A stretch of 58,069 bases of DNA from Rhizaria sp. SCN 62-66 (Eukaryota): positions 1-58,069 of the forward strand of contig MEDY01000168.1 of the NCBI GenBank assembly GCA_001724265.1, written 5' to 3'. A program made the position numbers and the translations under genes. Under the pieces are notes generated by a model. The model saw only the letters and a program-made list of their open reading frames with translations. It searched no databases and was not told the origin of the DNA. Shown here in pieces: positions 39,601 through 48,060 of the stretch (the first letter of the stretch is position 1; each line of letters opens with the position of its first letter).

Positions 39601-42600
39601 ACCAAGGACGGCGACAACAACGGCGGAGACGGCGACGAGGAGGAGGAGGACGTCTGCGCGGTCGCCTCCGCGCGCGCGTCGGTGCTGGCCGACGCCGCGA
39701 TCGCGGGAACCGCCGCCTCGGCCGCGCTCGTGGGCACCGAGCCCGTGGTCGTGATCGTGCGCCCGGAGGCCGTGACGCGCGGCGCCGTCGCGCCCACGCT
39801 TGCGGCGCTGCGCGGGCTCGGCCTCACGCTCATCGCCGTAACCGAGACGCGCCTCTCGCTGCAGCAGGCCAAGGCTGCGCTCGCCTACACCGCGGCGGCC
39901 CCCGCGCTCGCGGACGCGGCCTCGGTGCTCTGCGCCGACTCCGCGCTCTCGCTCTCGGCCGCGCTGAGCGCCGCCAGCGCGGCCAGCGCGGCGAGAGCGC
40001 TGACCCCGTCCGCCGCCGCGAGCTCTGCCGCCGCGGTTGGCATCAGCCCCACGGGCGCGGCCGTGGTGACGCATGCGGCGTCGTGCGCGGCCGCCGACGC
40101 CGTCACCGCCGCTGCCGCAGGCTTCCCCGTGCCCACGTGCGGCCAGACCTCGGCCTCAGTGTCGTACGACGTCTACCACCTCGCCGCCGCGCTCGCGCCC
40201 GCTCTCGGCGCGGAGCCCGTCGCGTTCGACTCTAGCGCGAGCGCGAAGCCGAAGACTCCGGCCGCATCGAGCTCTGCCGTTGCCTCCCCAGCCAACACCA
40301 GCTCTGGCTCGAGCTCGGCCGCGCTGCCGGCTGCGGTGGCGCGCGCGCGCTCTCTGTACGCGGCCGCCGCGGGCCCCGCCGCGGAGCTCGCGGGCACGCT
40401 TGCGGCCTCGCGCTGCGTCATCATCCTCGCCTCCGGCCCTGCCGCGGCCGCGATGACCGCCCACGCGCTTGGGCCCTCGGACCCCGCCGCGGCGCGCGCG
40501 CTGGCCTCAGGCGCGCCCTTTCCGGTGCCTGTGTCGCACCCCAGCCTGGGCCCCGCCGCCGCGCTGCCCGCGGCCGCGGCCGCGGCCGCGACCGCCGCCG
40601 TCGCCGCCGCTGCCGCGAGCGCCGCGGCCGCGTGGTGGCGCTCGCGCCCGCTGGCGTCGCTGCCACTGCGCGCGGTCTTCGGCCGCGACCGCGCGCACAA
40701 CGGCCTCCTCGCCACCGCGGGCCCCCGCGCCGCGCGCGCGCTCGCTGCGGCCCTGCTGTCGCAGGACTGGCTGCTCACCGCGCTCACGCCCGTGCCCGCG
40801 GCCATCGCCTTCGTCCAGCCGCTGTCCGCGCGCCGCGGCAGCGCGGCCGCCGCGGCGGCTGCGGCGGGCGCTGCGGCTGCTAGCGGCGCCGGCGCGGCCG
40901 CGTTCACGCGCGCCTACTCGATCTCCCATGTCTCGGCCCTGGGCCACGGCTTCGCGCCCGCGCAGTTGCCGCCGCTCGCGGGCCCCGGCGCCACCTCGGT
41001 CTTTGGGCCCGGCGCCACCGCAGGCGCGGGCGCTGCCATGCCCACTAGCGCGTCGGTCGCGGCGGCGCTGGCTGTGGCGAGCGCAACCGCGGGCACCGAG
41101 GCCGTTGCTCCCGGCGACCGTGCGCTGGTGACCGCCGCCGCGGCGCTTGCGCACTCGATAAACGTGACCACGAACAACAGTGGTGTGAGCGCGGGCGGTG
41201 ACGCGTTTGCACCGCAGCAGCAGCAACAGCAGCCGCAGCAGCCGCTGCCGATCGTGACGCTGATGTCCGACGGCAACAACAGCAACGGCAGCACGGCGCG
41301 CCTCAGCAGCGCCAACGGCCGCGGCGGCAGCGTGCGCTCCTGGATGCATGCCGCGAGCAACAACCTGTACTCGAGCGCCGACTCCGTGCCCGCGGTGGCG
41401 CTGCACCGCGGCGTCCTGCTCTCCGCGCTGCAGCTCACCGCGGTGCCCTCGGTGGCCTCGACGCCGCTGCTTGCCGCACTGGCCGCGCCCGCCGCGGCTG
41501 CCGCGGCCGCGGCCGCGTCGCTGTCGTTGCCGTCGCTGGGCTTCGGCCTTGGCCTGGGCGCTATGTCGGGCGGCCTGCTGGGCTCGCTCCGGTCGCTTTC
41601 GCTGGGCGCGGGCGTGGCGTGGACGAGCGTCTCCTGGGCGCTGCTCTGCCGCGTCATCGCCGCCAGCGCCGTCACCGAGATCGTCATCACGCACGCCACG
41701 CTTCCCTACTGCACCGCCGTCGCGCCGCCGCCCAGCAGCACCCGCGGCGCGGCGGCGGCGACGACCGCGGCGGCGACGGCGCGGCCCGCGCTCATGTCGC
41801 CGCTCAACTCGGCGCATCCGGGCACCGGCAACGGCGGCGGCATGGGCAACAGCTTTGGCTACGGCGACATCATGCGCCGCCGCAACAGCGCGGATTCCCC
41901 GACGAACAACGGCACCACCACCGCCGCGGCCGTCATCGGACACAAGTCATTCTTCGCGCCCCCCTCCGGCCCCCAGCCCAACACGAGCTACTCATACAGC
42001 AACAACAACAACAATAGCACCAGCGACTCTGCGGCTGCTGTGCACGCGATTACCAATCACGTGTCCATGCACGCGCGCGCGTCGCAGGCCTCGCTGTCCA
42101 GTAACAACACCAGCAGCAGCGGCTCGCACTCGTCCTCCCACACCCTTAACCGCAGCAGCTACAACAACAACAGCCGCTCCGACTCGGCCACCAGCGCGCG
42201 CCCGCAGTCGGCCGACCTCAACGCCAACATCGGCGGTGGCGGCAGCAACGCCCGCGGCAGCGGCGGCGGCGCGCGCGGCAGCGGCCGGTCCTCGCGCAAC
42301 GGCACGGGCGACGTCATGGCCTCGCGCCATCGCCGCATGCGCTCGACCGACGTCGAGGGCGCGACAGAGAACGACGCAGACGCCGCAGTCGCCGCTGCTG
42401 CGGCCTCCGCGGCCGCCGCGGGCGCCTCCGCCGTCACCGGGTACAGCTTGAGCGCGCGCGCGTCGCTGCCCAGTCCGACCGCGTTCTCGCGCTCATTCTC
42501 GAGCAGCAACGCCACCGGCAGCGGCGCCGCAGGCGCGGACGACGCGGCGGGGCGGTACTACAGCAACGACACCGTCGTTGCGGGCTTCTCGGCCGGCAAC

Positions 42601-44472
42601 GGTCGCCCTGTGTCGCAACAATACGGCCACAACATCGCCGGGTTCGTCAGCAACGGCTTCGGCGGCGACGGCGGCTACAGCGGCCCCCACCGGCAGCAGC
42701 CGCTGGAGGAGGAGGCCGGGCACGAGGACGACGAGGACGACGACGACGACGTCTACTACGAGGCTGCGCGCGAAGGCCGCCGCCCCGCCGCGCCCGCCGC
42801 GCTTCAGGCCTCCATCGCCGTCGCACCCGGGACGTCGGCGTCGTCGTCGGCCTCCGCGGCCGGCAGCGCTGTGCCCACGACCTTCACGGTCACTGAGCCC
42901 GACGCCGCCGAGCAGTTCTACTGGCTCTCTGAGCCGTCGCTGGGCCCGCGCCCCGTCCGCGGCTCGCTGGCAGACGCCAACGGGCACGCCGCGCACTGCT
43001 TGCACGCGCTGCTCGCCGCCGTCTCGGCCTCTGCAGCGCCCGCAGTGCGGCTCGATCTCTCGTACACGCGCCTCGGCGACGGCGGCGCGTGGGCGCTTGC
43101 GGGTTACTTCAATGCCGCGGCCGCCGCGCGCGAGCAGCGCCGGAGACTCGGCGCCGCCGCGCCCGCGGTGCGCGACCCGCTCGTGTCGCTTAACCTGCGC
43201 GGCTGCGGGCTCGGGCTCTCTGGCCCGCTCACAGTCCCCAACAGCAACAACAGCGCCGGTGGCGCCAGCAGCACCAACGACGGCGCCGCTGCGGCCGCCG
43301 CGGCTGCACTCGCCGTCGCTGCGGCGGCGTCTGGCGCCGCGGGCGGCAACAACGGATCTGTCGCCGCCGCCGCCACGGCCGCCGCGGCGACTGTGCTGTC
43401 GCGCCAGGGATCCTTCAGCGCCGGCCGCGCCGGGCTGGCGAGCTCCCAGTCGGCCGCGAACCTTATCGCCGCCGCCACCCACCCCAACGCCGCCGCCGGC
43501 GCTGCCACCGCGGACGCGTCGTCGTCGCTGTCGACGGGCTCGCCCGCGCCCGTGCTGGGAGTGGGCCTCGCGTCCGCCGCCGCCGCCGCGGCCGCCGCGG
43601 GCGCGTCGGGCGTGGTCTCCACTGCGGGGCTGGTGCTCGACGCCGCCTCGGTCTGCGGCGCTCTCGCCTCACCTCACGCCGCCGCGGCCTACGCGCTGCT
43701 GGTCGCGCGCGACGCTGTGCCGATGCTGCCCGGGCTCGCTGCGCTGATGGCCGCGCTCGCGCTGCCGCTGTCGCCGACGCTGCGCACGCTAGTGCTGGCC
43801 GACAACGCGTTGCCCACGCCCGCCGTCGCCGCGCTGGCCGCCGCGCTGGGCGCCAACCGCAGCGTCGCGGAGCTGGACGTGGGCGCCAACATGCTGCCCA
43901 GCACCGACGCCGCGCGCGCAGCGGTCCGCGCGCTGCTGGCAACGCCGCGCGCGCTCTACACGCTCGTTCTGCCCGATATCGTGCTGCCCCCGGCCTACGC
44001 GCTGGCTAGCGGTGCCGCCTCCGCGGCGGCCACGACGCGGCTGATGACGCCTGCCGCGGCCGCGGCCGCGGCCGCCGAGGCCGCTGCAGCCGCCGACGCC
44101 GCCGCGGAGGCCGAGGAGGACGCGCTGGTCGCCGCGCTGGCGTCCGGCCTGGCCGCCAGCGGCTGCCTCGCGTCTGTCGACCTCGGACTGGCCTTCTCGA
44201 CGGGCGTGGAAGAGCGCCACAAGGAGACCATCGTCGCCGCGCTCATGGACAACAGCGGCGGGTCCAAGCTGCGCCGGCTGTTCGCGCGCGGCCAGCCCCT
44301 GCGCGACCGCATTGCGGCGAGCACCAGCGGCAGCGCCGAGGTCAAGGTCGACGTAGCTGAGGCAGAGCGCATGGCCGAGCTCGAGACCGGGCTCGCGGCG
44401 CTGCTGGCGCGCCACAGGGTCGAGGCCGCGGTTGCAGCGCTCTCGGGCAAGCAGCAGCAACAACAGCAGTAA
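33670..44472 (+). CDS. Giant single-exon leucine-rich-repeat protein (~3600 aa): SDS22-like LRRs + LRRcap, RI-like LRRs, degenerate NDK-like domain
   Basis: Repeats such as LRKLNASGNKL, LLALDLSQNRISTL, LQALNLAGNSI; cap LDLRHNPVTRLPNYRLRVI...LTLDGVPVTAEE; RI-type LTSVDLSRCHIDDTGAECIA and LTLDDNAIHVRGAVALAKAL. First ATG at 33670. Stop is TAA. Confidence 0.9.
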   Translation: MLSAPSRPSAPPAAAPPAAPVHRAQFEAHDRSLTDLAPASGLSSDEAELSKLLTGLARSSRTGAPAFLTLSAAGTGLASLGAVARFPLVENVDVSNNALEDLSPLAALTQLRKLNASGNKLAELLRVLPLSSTSSGWSNSESASASNSPALSSMRLRPSQPQQASSSSASLPPRPSSSLSLLTDADFSHNGIHVIPDHVAAFPALARLNLRSNSLVSLHNTDLLPALTHLDATANAISDLADFQTCPRLSVLLLAQNSIDRPALPPLPALLALDLSQNRISTLDALTPAYLPRLQALNLAGNSIARLDEVARLAALSNLASLDLRHNPVTRLPNYRLRVIWLCHLRRRALPSAFPVAIASPSASAAASTPTSASANASANASASAMVEGGLRVLPALAAAPAPPASAAASAAARGLLTLDGVPVTAEELTEARALLGDEDCLRAVLHNHVFALSSGMNSNCATLNNTAHTNAAAAAAGAQTEDAAAGSADGGPASGAGFSASVMPGSVHTLPGLLSLTQPLASNGSHVSNSANISNTVSESGFVAHYPQLNSNAALGSTTTLAAVIAQTIADFAPDPVVTSAIRSLTALNASSIASHNSCFNMNSHSANTKAFPVPTAAEAVALAAAASTARATRPPAPPAASAALASFASHMSPSPASAASVSVPAAALIASSAAAAAATPAVSAALGASLWGRAGEKGLFARWERVVALVSAYAEAKKKTKLPPTEEPANANGGLPTVHLTLSDVHLGPVALWVLSRAIATRRIPGLTALDLSGSFMPPILVHGANAGASTSSSTNSMSSANLNIASSASGNNAAAGAAAAGGVSKVAAASAAALSALAAAVAAAAGSDGNGDGFESADSNHNGGPGDDDDDDAAAAIVAATISAAACAASIASACPPQRLRNNSGINNSSSSTAPVAVSASSLAATVAASASATQGWERALGGATGWRALTSALALRPSQTMTSLHTLKLSRCGLGGPAWGLAAAEALAAFVAASRSLSVLVLADNAFGVHLVAPTTGAAAGLLADGSGSGGGWDGDDHCGGDGTAVSVYGGGGAGAGAGGSRAMTRSSSLASLLHAVPAPAANTVATPYNSGNSGGSANPGSGTGSPAPAPAPLSASSSALALNARANTANSSRSNNANAVLGSAPVSLPAAVIAPCPGLRLLCAAVLLSKSLTSVDLSRCHIDDTGAECIAAVLADRGARVRRLTLDDNAIHVRGAVALAKALEGNTTLVALSIAAHTPAVLALQTVPSPSSSSSSSSNSTSSANANSGSGSGSNGTATASLSAQSAAFPPFTSANSPASFNNNASGPVSGSSGGSAVGGQSTAAQCLDRTEYAAPLRPLPCAGVCALAGALATHNDTLTELTLSGAHCGDRGARALARVLHRRAAKSAAAGQSCGSGKKKKTACGADVSARTLTGAHVHGDAPLLPPLSPSKSHGSVNCDASIEHHGSNNAVYTLAPQRLKSLSLSCCGIGPSGLRALAAALAAVPPAQATLTVLDLGGNLCDAAAAATLAATGDVAVAAAAAGTDPDDALAAAAAAANAAAAAAAGSSSSGYGYGYGSSYAGGYNSGTGLASPVFGAVPVTRPTTSASVSTSVAGAGAGVVSVTGATPRSVYGTGSAVAPPSLNLGPSVSNTANNAGAVVSSALQPQHGSIGLARRGSLPRSAVELGALALSAHAAAAHAAGAASPAAPPAATPAAAVSAAGSLLGGGAPFGSTSPAAGAGASGSAAAAAAALAMGAAVPRARDAPLPLLFPASSARPLPLPAHQQWLHAALAPPTALIDPPALDAAAACLLRALPAAPLLSTLSLAGLPAGPQTMLALAALLPLHPAIATLRLGPSTAAAADAVTAAGSLRAAAAAAAAAGAGRDALLSPRGAGGAGASGASLGPSAVAVAASVTPGQRIRRATSVPAASSSSGAVPVPAAVAAAGGGGVLFGGHAGLNVSGLDVEDGSANPSPSPSDDDDDSAAAAEETKDGDNNGGDGDEEEEDVCAVASARASVLADAAIAGTAASAALVGTEPVVVIVRPEAVTRGAVAPTLAALRGLGLTLIAVTETRLSLQQAKAALAYTAAAPALADAASVLCADSALSLSAALSAASAASAARALTPSAAASSAAAVGISPTGAAVVTHAASCAAADAVTAAAAGFPVPTCGQTSASVSYDVYHLAAALAPALGAEPVAFDSSASAKPKTPAASSSAVASPANTSSGSSSAALPAAVARARSLYAAAAGPAAELAGTLAASRCVIILASGPAAAAMTAHALGPSDPAAARALASGAPFPVPVSHPSLGPAAALPAAAAAAATAAVAAAAASAAAAWWRSRPLASLPLRAVFGRDRAHNGLLATAGPRAARALAAALLSQDWLLTALTPVPAAIAFVQPLSARRGSAAAAAAAAGAAAASGAGAAAFTRAYSISHVSALGHGFAPAQLPPLAGPGATSVFGPGATAGAGAAMPTSASVAAALAVASATAGTEAVAPGDRALVTAAAALAHSINVTTNNSGVSAGGDAFAPQQQQQQPQQPLPIVTLMSDGNNSNGSTARLSSANGRGGSVRSWMHAASNNLYSSADSVPAVALHRGVLLSALQLTAVPSVASTPLLAALAAPAAAAAAAAASLSLPSLGFGLGLGAMSGGLLGSLRSLSLGAGVAWTSVSWALLCRVIAASAVTEIVITHATLPYCTAVAPPPSSTRGAAAATTAAATARPALMSPLNSAHPGTGNGGGMGNSFGYGDIMRRRNSADSPTNNGTTTAAAVIGHKSFFAPPSGPQPNTSYSYSNNNNNSTSDSAAAVHAITNHVSMHARASQASLSSNNTSSSGSHSSSHTLNRSSYNNNSRSDSATSARPQSADLNANIGGGGSNARGSGGGARGSGRSSRNGTGDVMASRHRRMRSTDVEGATENDADAAVAAAAASAAAAGASAVTGYSLSARASLPSPTAFSRSFSSSNATGSGAAGADDAAGRYYSNDTVVAGFSAGNGRPVSQQYGHNIAGFVSNGFGGDGGYSGPHRQQPLEEEAGHEDDEDDDDDVYYEAAREGRRPAAPAALQASIAVAPGTSASSSASAAGSAVPTTFTVTEPDAAEQFYWLSEPSLGPRPVRGSLADANGHAAHCLHALLAAVSASAAPAVRLDLSYTRLGDGGAWALAGYFNAAAAAREQRRRLGAAAPAVRDPLVSLNLRGCGLGLSGPLTVPNSNNSAGGASSTNDGAAAAAAAALAVAAAASGAAGGNNGSVAAAATAAAATVLSRQGSFSAGRAGLASSQSAANLIAAATHPNAAAGAATADASSSLSTGSPAPVLGVGLASAAAAAAAAGASGVVSTAGLVLDAASVCGALASPHAAAAYALLVARDAVPMLPGLAALMAALALPLSPTLRTLVLADNALPTPAVAALAAALGANRSVAELDVGANMLPSTDAARAAVRALLATPRALYTLVLPDIVLPPAYALASGAASAAATTRLMTPAAAAAAAAEAAAAADAAAEAEEDALVAALASGLAASGCLASVDLGLAFSTGVEERHKETIVAALMDNSGGSKLRRLFARGQPLRDRIAASTSGSAEVKVDVAEAERMAELETGLAALLARHRVEAAVAALSGKQQQQQQ

Positions 44473-45237
44473 GCACAACCGTGAATTGAGTGACGGTAGC
44501 TGTTGTGGATGATTTTTGATACTACTCTTGTTTCCCTTTTTTTCCCCTTGTTTTATCAAGCTTCACGACGATTTTCGTACCGTCAATTAAATACAACATT
44601 TTCGCATTAATTTCGCACGATCAAGTTACATGTACAAATGATGTATTGTTTTTGTTTTGTTTTTGTTGTTGTAATTGCTCTTTGTTACAAAGAAGCGAGC
44701 GCTTGTTTGTGATTTGATGTCAATACTACATCAATCACAAACACTGCTGTTCATGCTATTTTGATTATTAATTATAATTGTTGATATTGCGAGTATCTGT
44801 CATACTAATATTCTTTGCTATAATCATTCACTGGTTTCATATAAATACACATTGTAATCATTATTGCCGAGAGATCAGAATCTTTCGATACCACAGTGCG
44901 AGTGTGATGCCGATGACTACTTCTTGTTTGATTTGTGCTATTGTTAGAAGCTTATCATTCGTTAAAAAAGGGGTATATGATGCTATCAGTGTTTGTGAGC
45001 GCTTAAAAAGAGGCATACTAAACAAAGAAGCATATGTTACTGTGTTACTTGCCTTTTGCTCCACCTAACGCGCGTCGGGCTACGTTTTTATCACACCGTG
45101 TCACGTCATTAGTCATTAGTGCCGCCGATCCAATGCCAGCACACGCCACGCGTCGTATTGACTCGGGGCCAATCCACACATCTCGCCGTTCAATCAGGTA
45201 CAAAAGTGCGGATGACGCAGCGTGCCGATTAAGTGGT

Positions 45238-46559
45238 TTACTGGATCTTGCAGAAGACGTCGTGCAGACGCGATTGCGTGAGCTTGGACGAGTACGTCTG
45301 CGCGTCCGCACAGACGGCGCAGTACTGGTACGAGGTGAAGATGTCCTTGAAGCTGTGCGCCGCGCAGAGGGGCTGCTCGCACTCGGGGTTCCTGCGAGGG
45401 CGGAGAACAAAAGAGAAGGAGCAGTCGTGATGTGAGTGATGGATTGGAGTATACATGACATGAGATGAAAGAAAGACACAATAGTCCAAAGGATTGAGTA
45501 GGTGTAGCGTCAGAATGCATGATCACAACGACATTAGTGCACAACCGAATGACAGATATGACAGGTTGTGTTTGCAACGTACGAGCATCGCGCGATAGCG
45601 CGCGCCTGGCAGCGCATCACCTCGCAGCGACCCAGCGCCTTGGCCCTTTGAGTCTCGCCCGCGAAGTGGCCGCGCGCGTTGCTGCCGCCGCCGCTGCTGC
45701 TGTTAATGCTCTCGCGGGCCCCCAGAGCGCGCGCCCACGCCGGGGCCGCCGCGGAGCCCTCGGGGATCGCGCTCCCGCCGTTGTAGCTGCCGTTGTTATT
45801 AAACCGACTGCTGCCGCTGTGGCCGTCGTCGTCGTCGCCGTTGGTAACCGAGGCCGCGGGCATAAGCCGCGCGGCCGCCGAGGCGACGCGGTGATGCTCC
45901 GCGGCGTCGGCGTCTGCGTGCCCACCCAACGCCGTCAGCGCTTCGCGGACCTGCTTGAGCCGGTTGTAGAGGCGGATGCCGTCTTTGGTGCCGATCAGCG
46001 CACGCAAGTCGTCTTTGGAGAGGGAAAGCAGGTCAACGCCGTTGTAGCCAGAGAGCTTAGCGACAACGGCGGCGTCAAACTGGTTCTCCACGAGCCAGTC
46101 GGCCACGCGCGAGCCGTCGGATGAGCGGGACAACGAGCCAAACGTGTCGTAGCGACGGTCGCCGCTCGCGCTCGACGACGACGACGAAACAGAGTGTTGC
46201 GACTGCTGCTGAAACTGGGCGGCGTAGGCGGTGGCGGTGCCGGCGCTGTAGCCGCCCGCGTGCGAGTTGGTGGACGAGGGCGACGAGAAGGCGCTTGCGA
46301 TGCTATCGAGCGCGGCGGCGGGCGACGTCAGCCCGTCCTCGATCTCGGCAGGGTACGACTTGGGCTTGCGGCCGGACTTGCCGCTGCCGCCGCCGCTGTT
46401 CATGCCCGCGGAAGGGTAGGCGGCGCCCGCGGGGTTGTTCGCCAGCAGGGAGTTGCCGCTGGCGCCTGTGTGGGCTGTGGTGGTGTGGTGCTCGGAGGCC
46501 GGGACGAGGGGGATCGAGTCGGCGCCGGTGGTGTAGGACGAAGAGTGCGACGAAAGCAT
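45238..46559 (-). CDS. SAM-domain + Cys/His zinc-finger + CaaX protein, ~376 aa; exons 46559-45583 and 45391-45238
   Basis: VADWLVENQF...LSGYNGVDLLSLSKDDLRALIGTKDGIRLYNRLK resembles the CP2/EPS8-type SAM domain. Phase-2 intron 45392-45582 (GTACGT...CTCGCAG) joins CEVMRCQARAIARCS to NPECEQPLCAAH...YCAVC. Ends CKIQ-TAA. Confidence 0.82.
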
Positions 46560-47191
46560 CACGGGGATACGTTAGCTGCGGTTTGGGTGGCGTAGACTGA
46601 TGATATGATACTGCGAGGGAACAAGGCTTTGGGGCTGTCGTCACTGAGAATGCAGGACTGACGAGTGAGGGGGGTGTAGTCGAGTTGCGACGGAAACGAA
46701 GGACCTGACGCGATTCGTTAAGCCGGGCGCGGATTATCGGAACGAGTTTGTTGAAAGAAGTCGCAATGCGCGATAGATCTATCCGTGTAAGGCACTATGA
46801 GAGCCAAGACGGTCGTGTGATGTCCGATGAGAGCTGGGGACAGGGTCTTGGAGATGGTTGTCAGACCAGGAAAAGCGGGAGCTATGGGGAGAGTAGAATA
46901 ATAGGAGTCGCAGTGCAGTGCAAAAAGTTAGTGTAGATATCTTGTGGGTGTATCAATGCATATTCGTGAATAGTCAGATTTCGGTTGAAAATGAGCGATA
47001 TTATTGCTTCAAAGATGAGGCTTGAGTGCCTCCGAGAGCGGGGCTGCCGACTCGCGAGCCCACAGTCACCTCTCCCAACTCACTAGATCTACCTTCCGCT
47101 AGATATCTCTATCCTGATCGTCAAGATCTCTTCTGACGGCCTCCACCAATTAAACGGTGTTGGCAACCTTGCGTACCGAAATTATAGTATC

Positions 47192-48060
47192 ATGGATGGT
47201 CCTGTGCCTCCGGAATCCGCGATGATCCCTCCGGCCCAGCATCAGTCCCCTCCAGACTCGGCCACGCACCGCACTTCCCCCTTGTGCGCACCACCGCTGC
47301 TATCGGAGTTCACGCTGCTGCACCCGCGTCTACCCCACATGCTTGCCCGTGACTACCAGCTCTTTATTCACTGTTTGGCACTGAAGCAGTGGCGCGCAAT
47401 GTCACTGGTTGACCTCGCCCCCTGCGGCGCTGACACGTACGCCCTCTGCGGCGTCAACCCACTGCGCCCACGCGCCACAGTCCCAGCGCAGCCATCACAC
47501 ACTCTCCCGCGTGGTAGTAGCGCATCTTCGCTATCCGTTTACCCGTCTGTTGTTGCTTCTAACCCGCTCGGAGAAGCTCACACGAGCACGGACGGCAGTG
47601 TCACGAGCGGTGCAGCTGCTGCCGCTACAGGTGATAGCGACGGTGGCGCGTTCGACTGGCTTGTTACGGTCGGGTCTGAGCAAGCTGTCACCCCCGTATG
47701 GCTCACACAGGTTTTTGGCGCGGTGCAGACTGCTGCTGCACTGCGAGCACGTGAGCTGACGCCCACTAATGCTGCGACTTCGGGCGTAGAAGAGTGTTCA
47801 GCCGAGGTTGAGTCGCTGCTTTTGGCAATCGTTGATGTACGGTTTTGATCTAGTTGCAAACGGTAACCACGTGAATTGTGTCAATTGAATTATTATTTTT
47901 CTATGTTTGTAAAAGCAAAGTTTCTATTTTGTCTTGCTCACACGAAAATCACGACATCTCTTCTCACCTCTATCACTCGCCTGTTTTCATCGTGCGCGAA
48001 CAGCATGGCTCGACATTCGTGATTACACGTGTGTACAACGGCCTATACATTGCAGGTTAA
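47192..48060 (+). CDS. SEN15: tRNA-splicing endonuclease subunit Sen15-like, ~233 aa; exons 47192-47836 and 48004-48060
   Basis: Intron GTACGG...AACAG gives LLLAIVD|HGSTFVITRVYNGL, resembling the Sen15 C-terminal LAIV..DST.VYY....G motif; upstream FIHCLALKQW also fits. Stop is TAA. Confidence 0.68.

Noticed and set aside
45619-45621. GAG|GTGATG as donor for the SAM gene intron
   Set aside because: Wrong phase for the 45391 exon; the GTACGT donor at 45582 fits phase, consensus and the Cys pattern.
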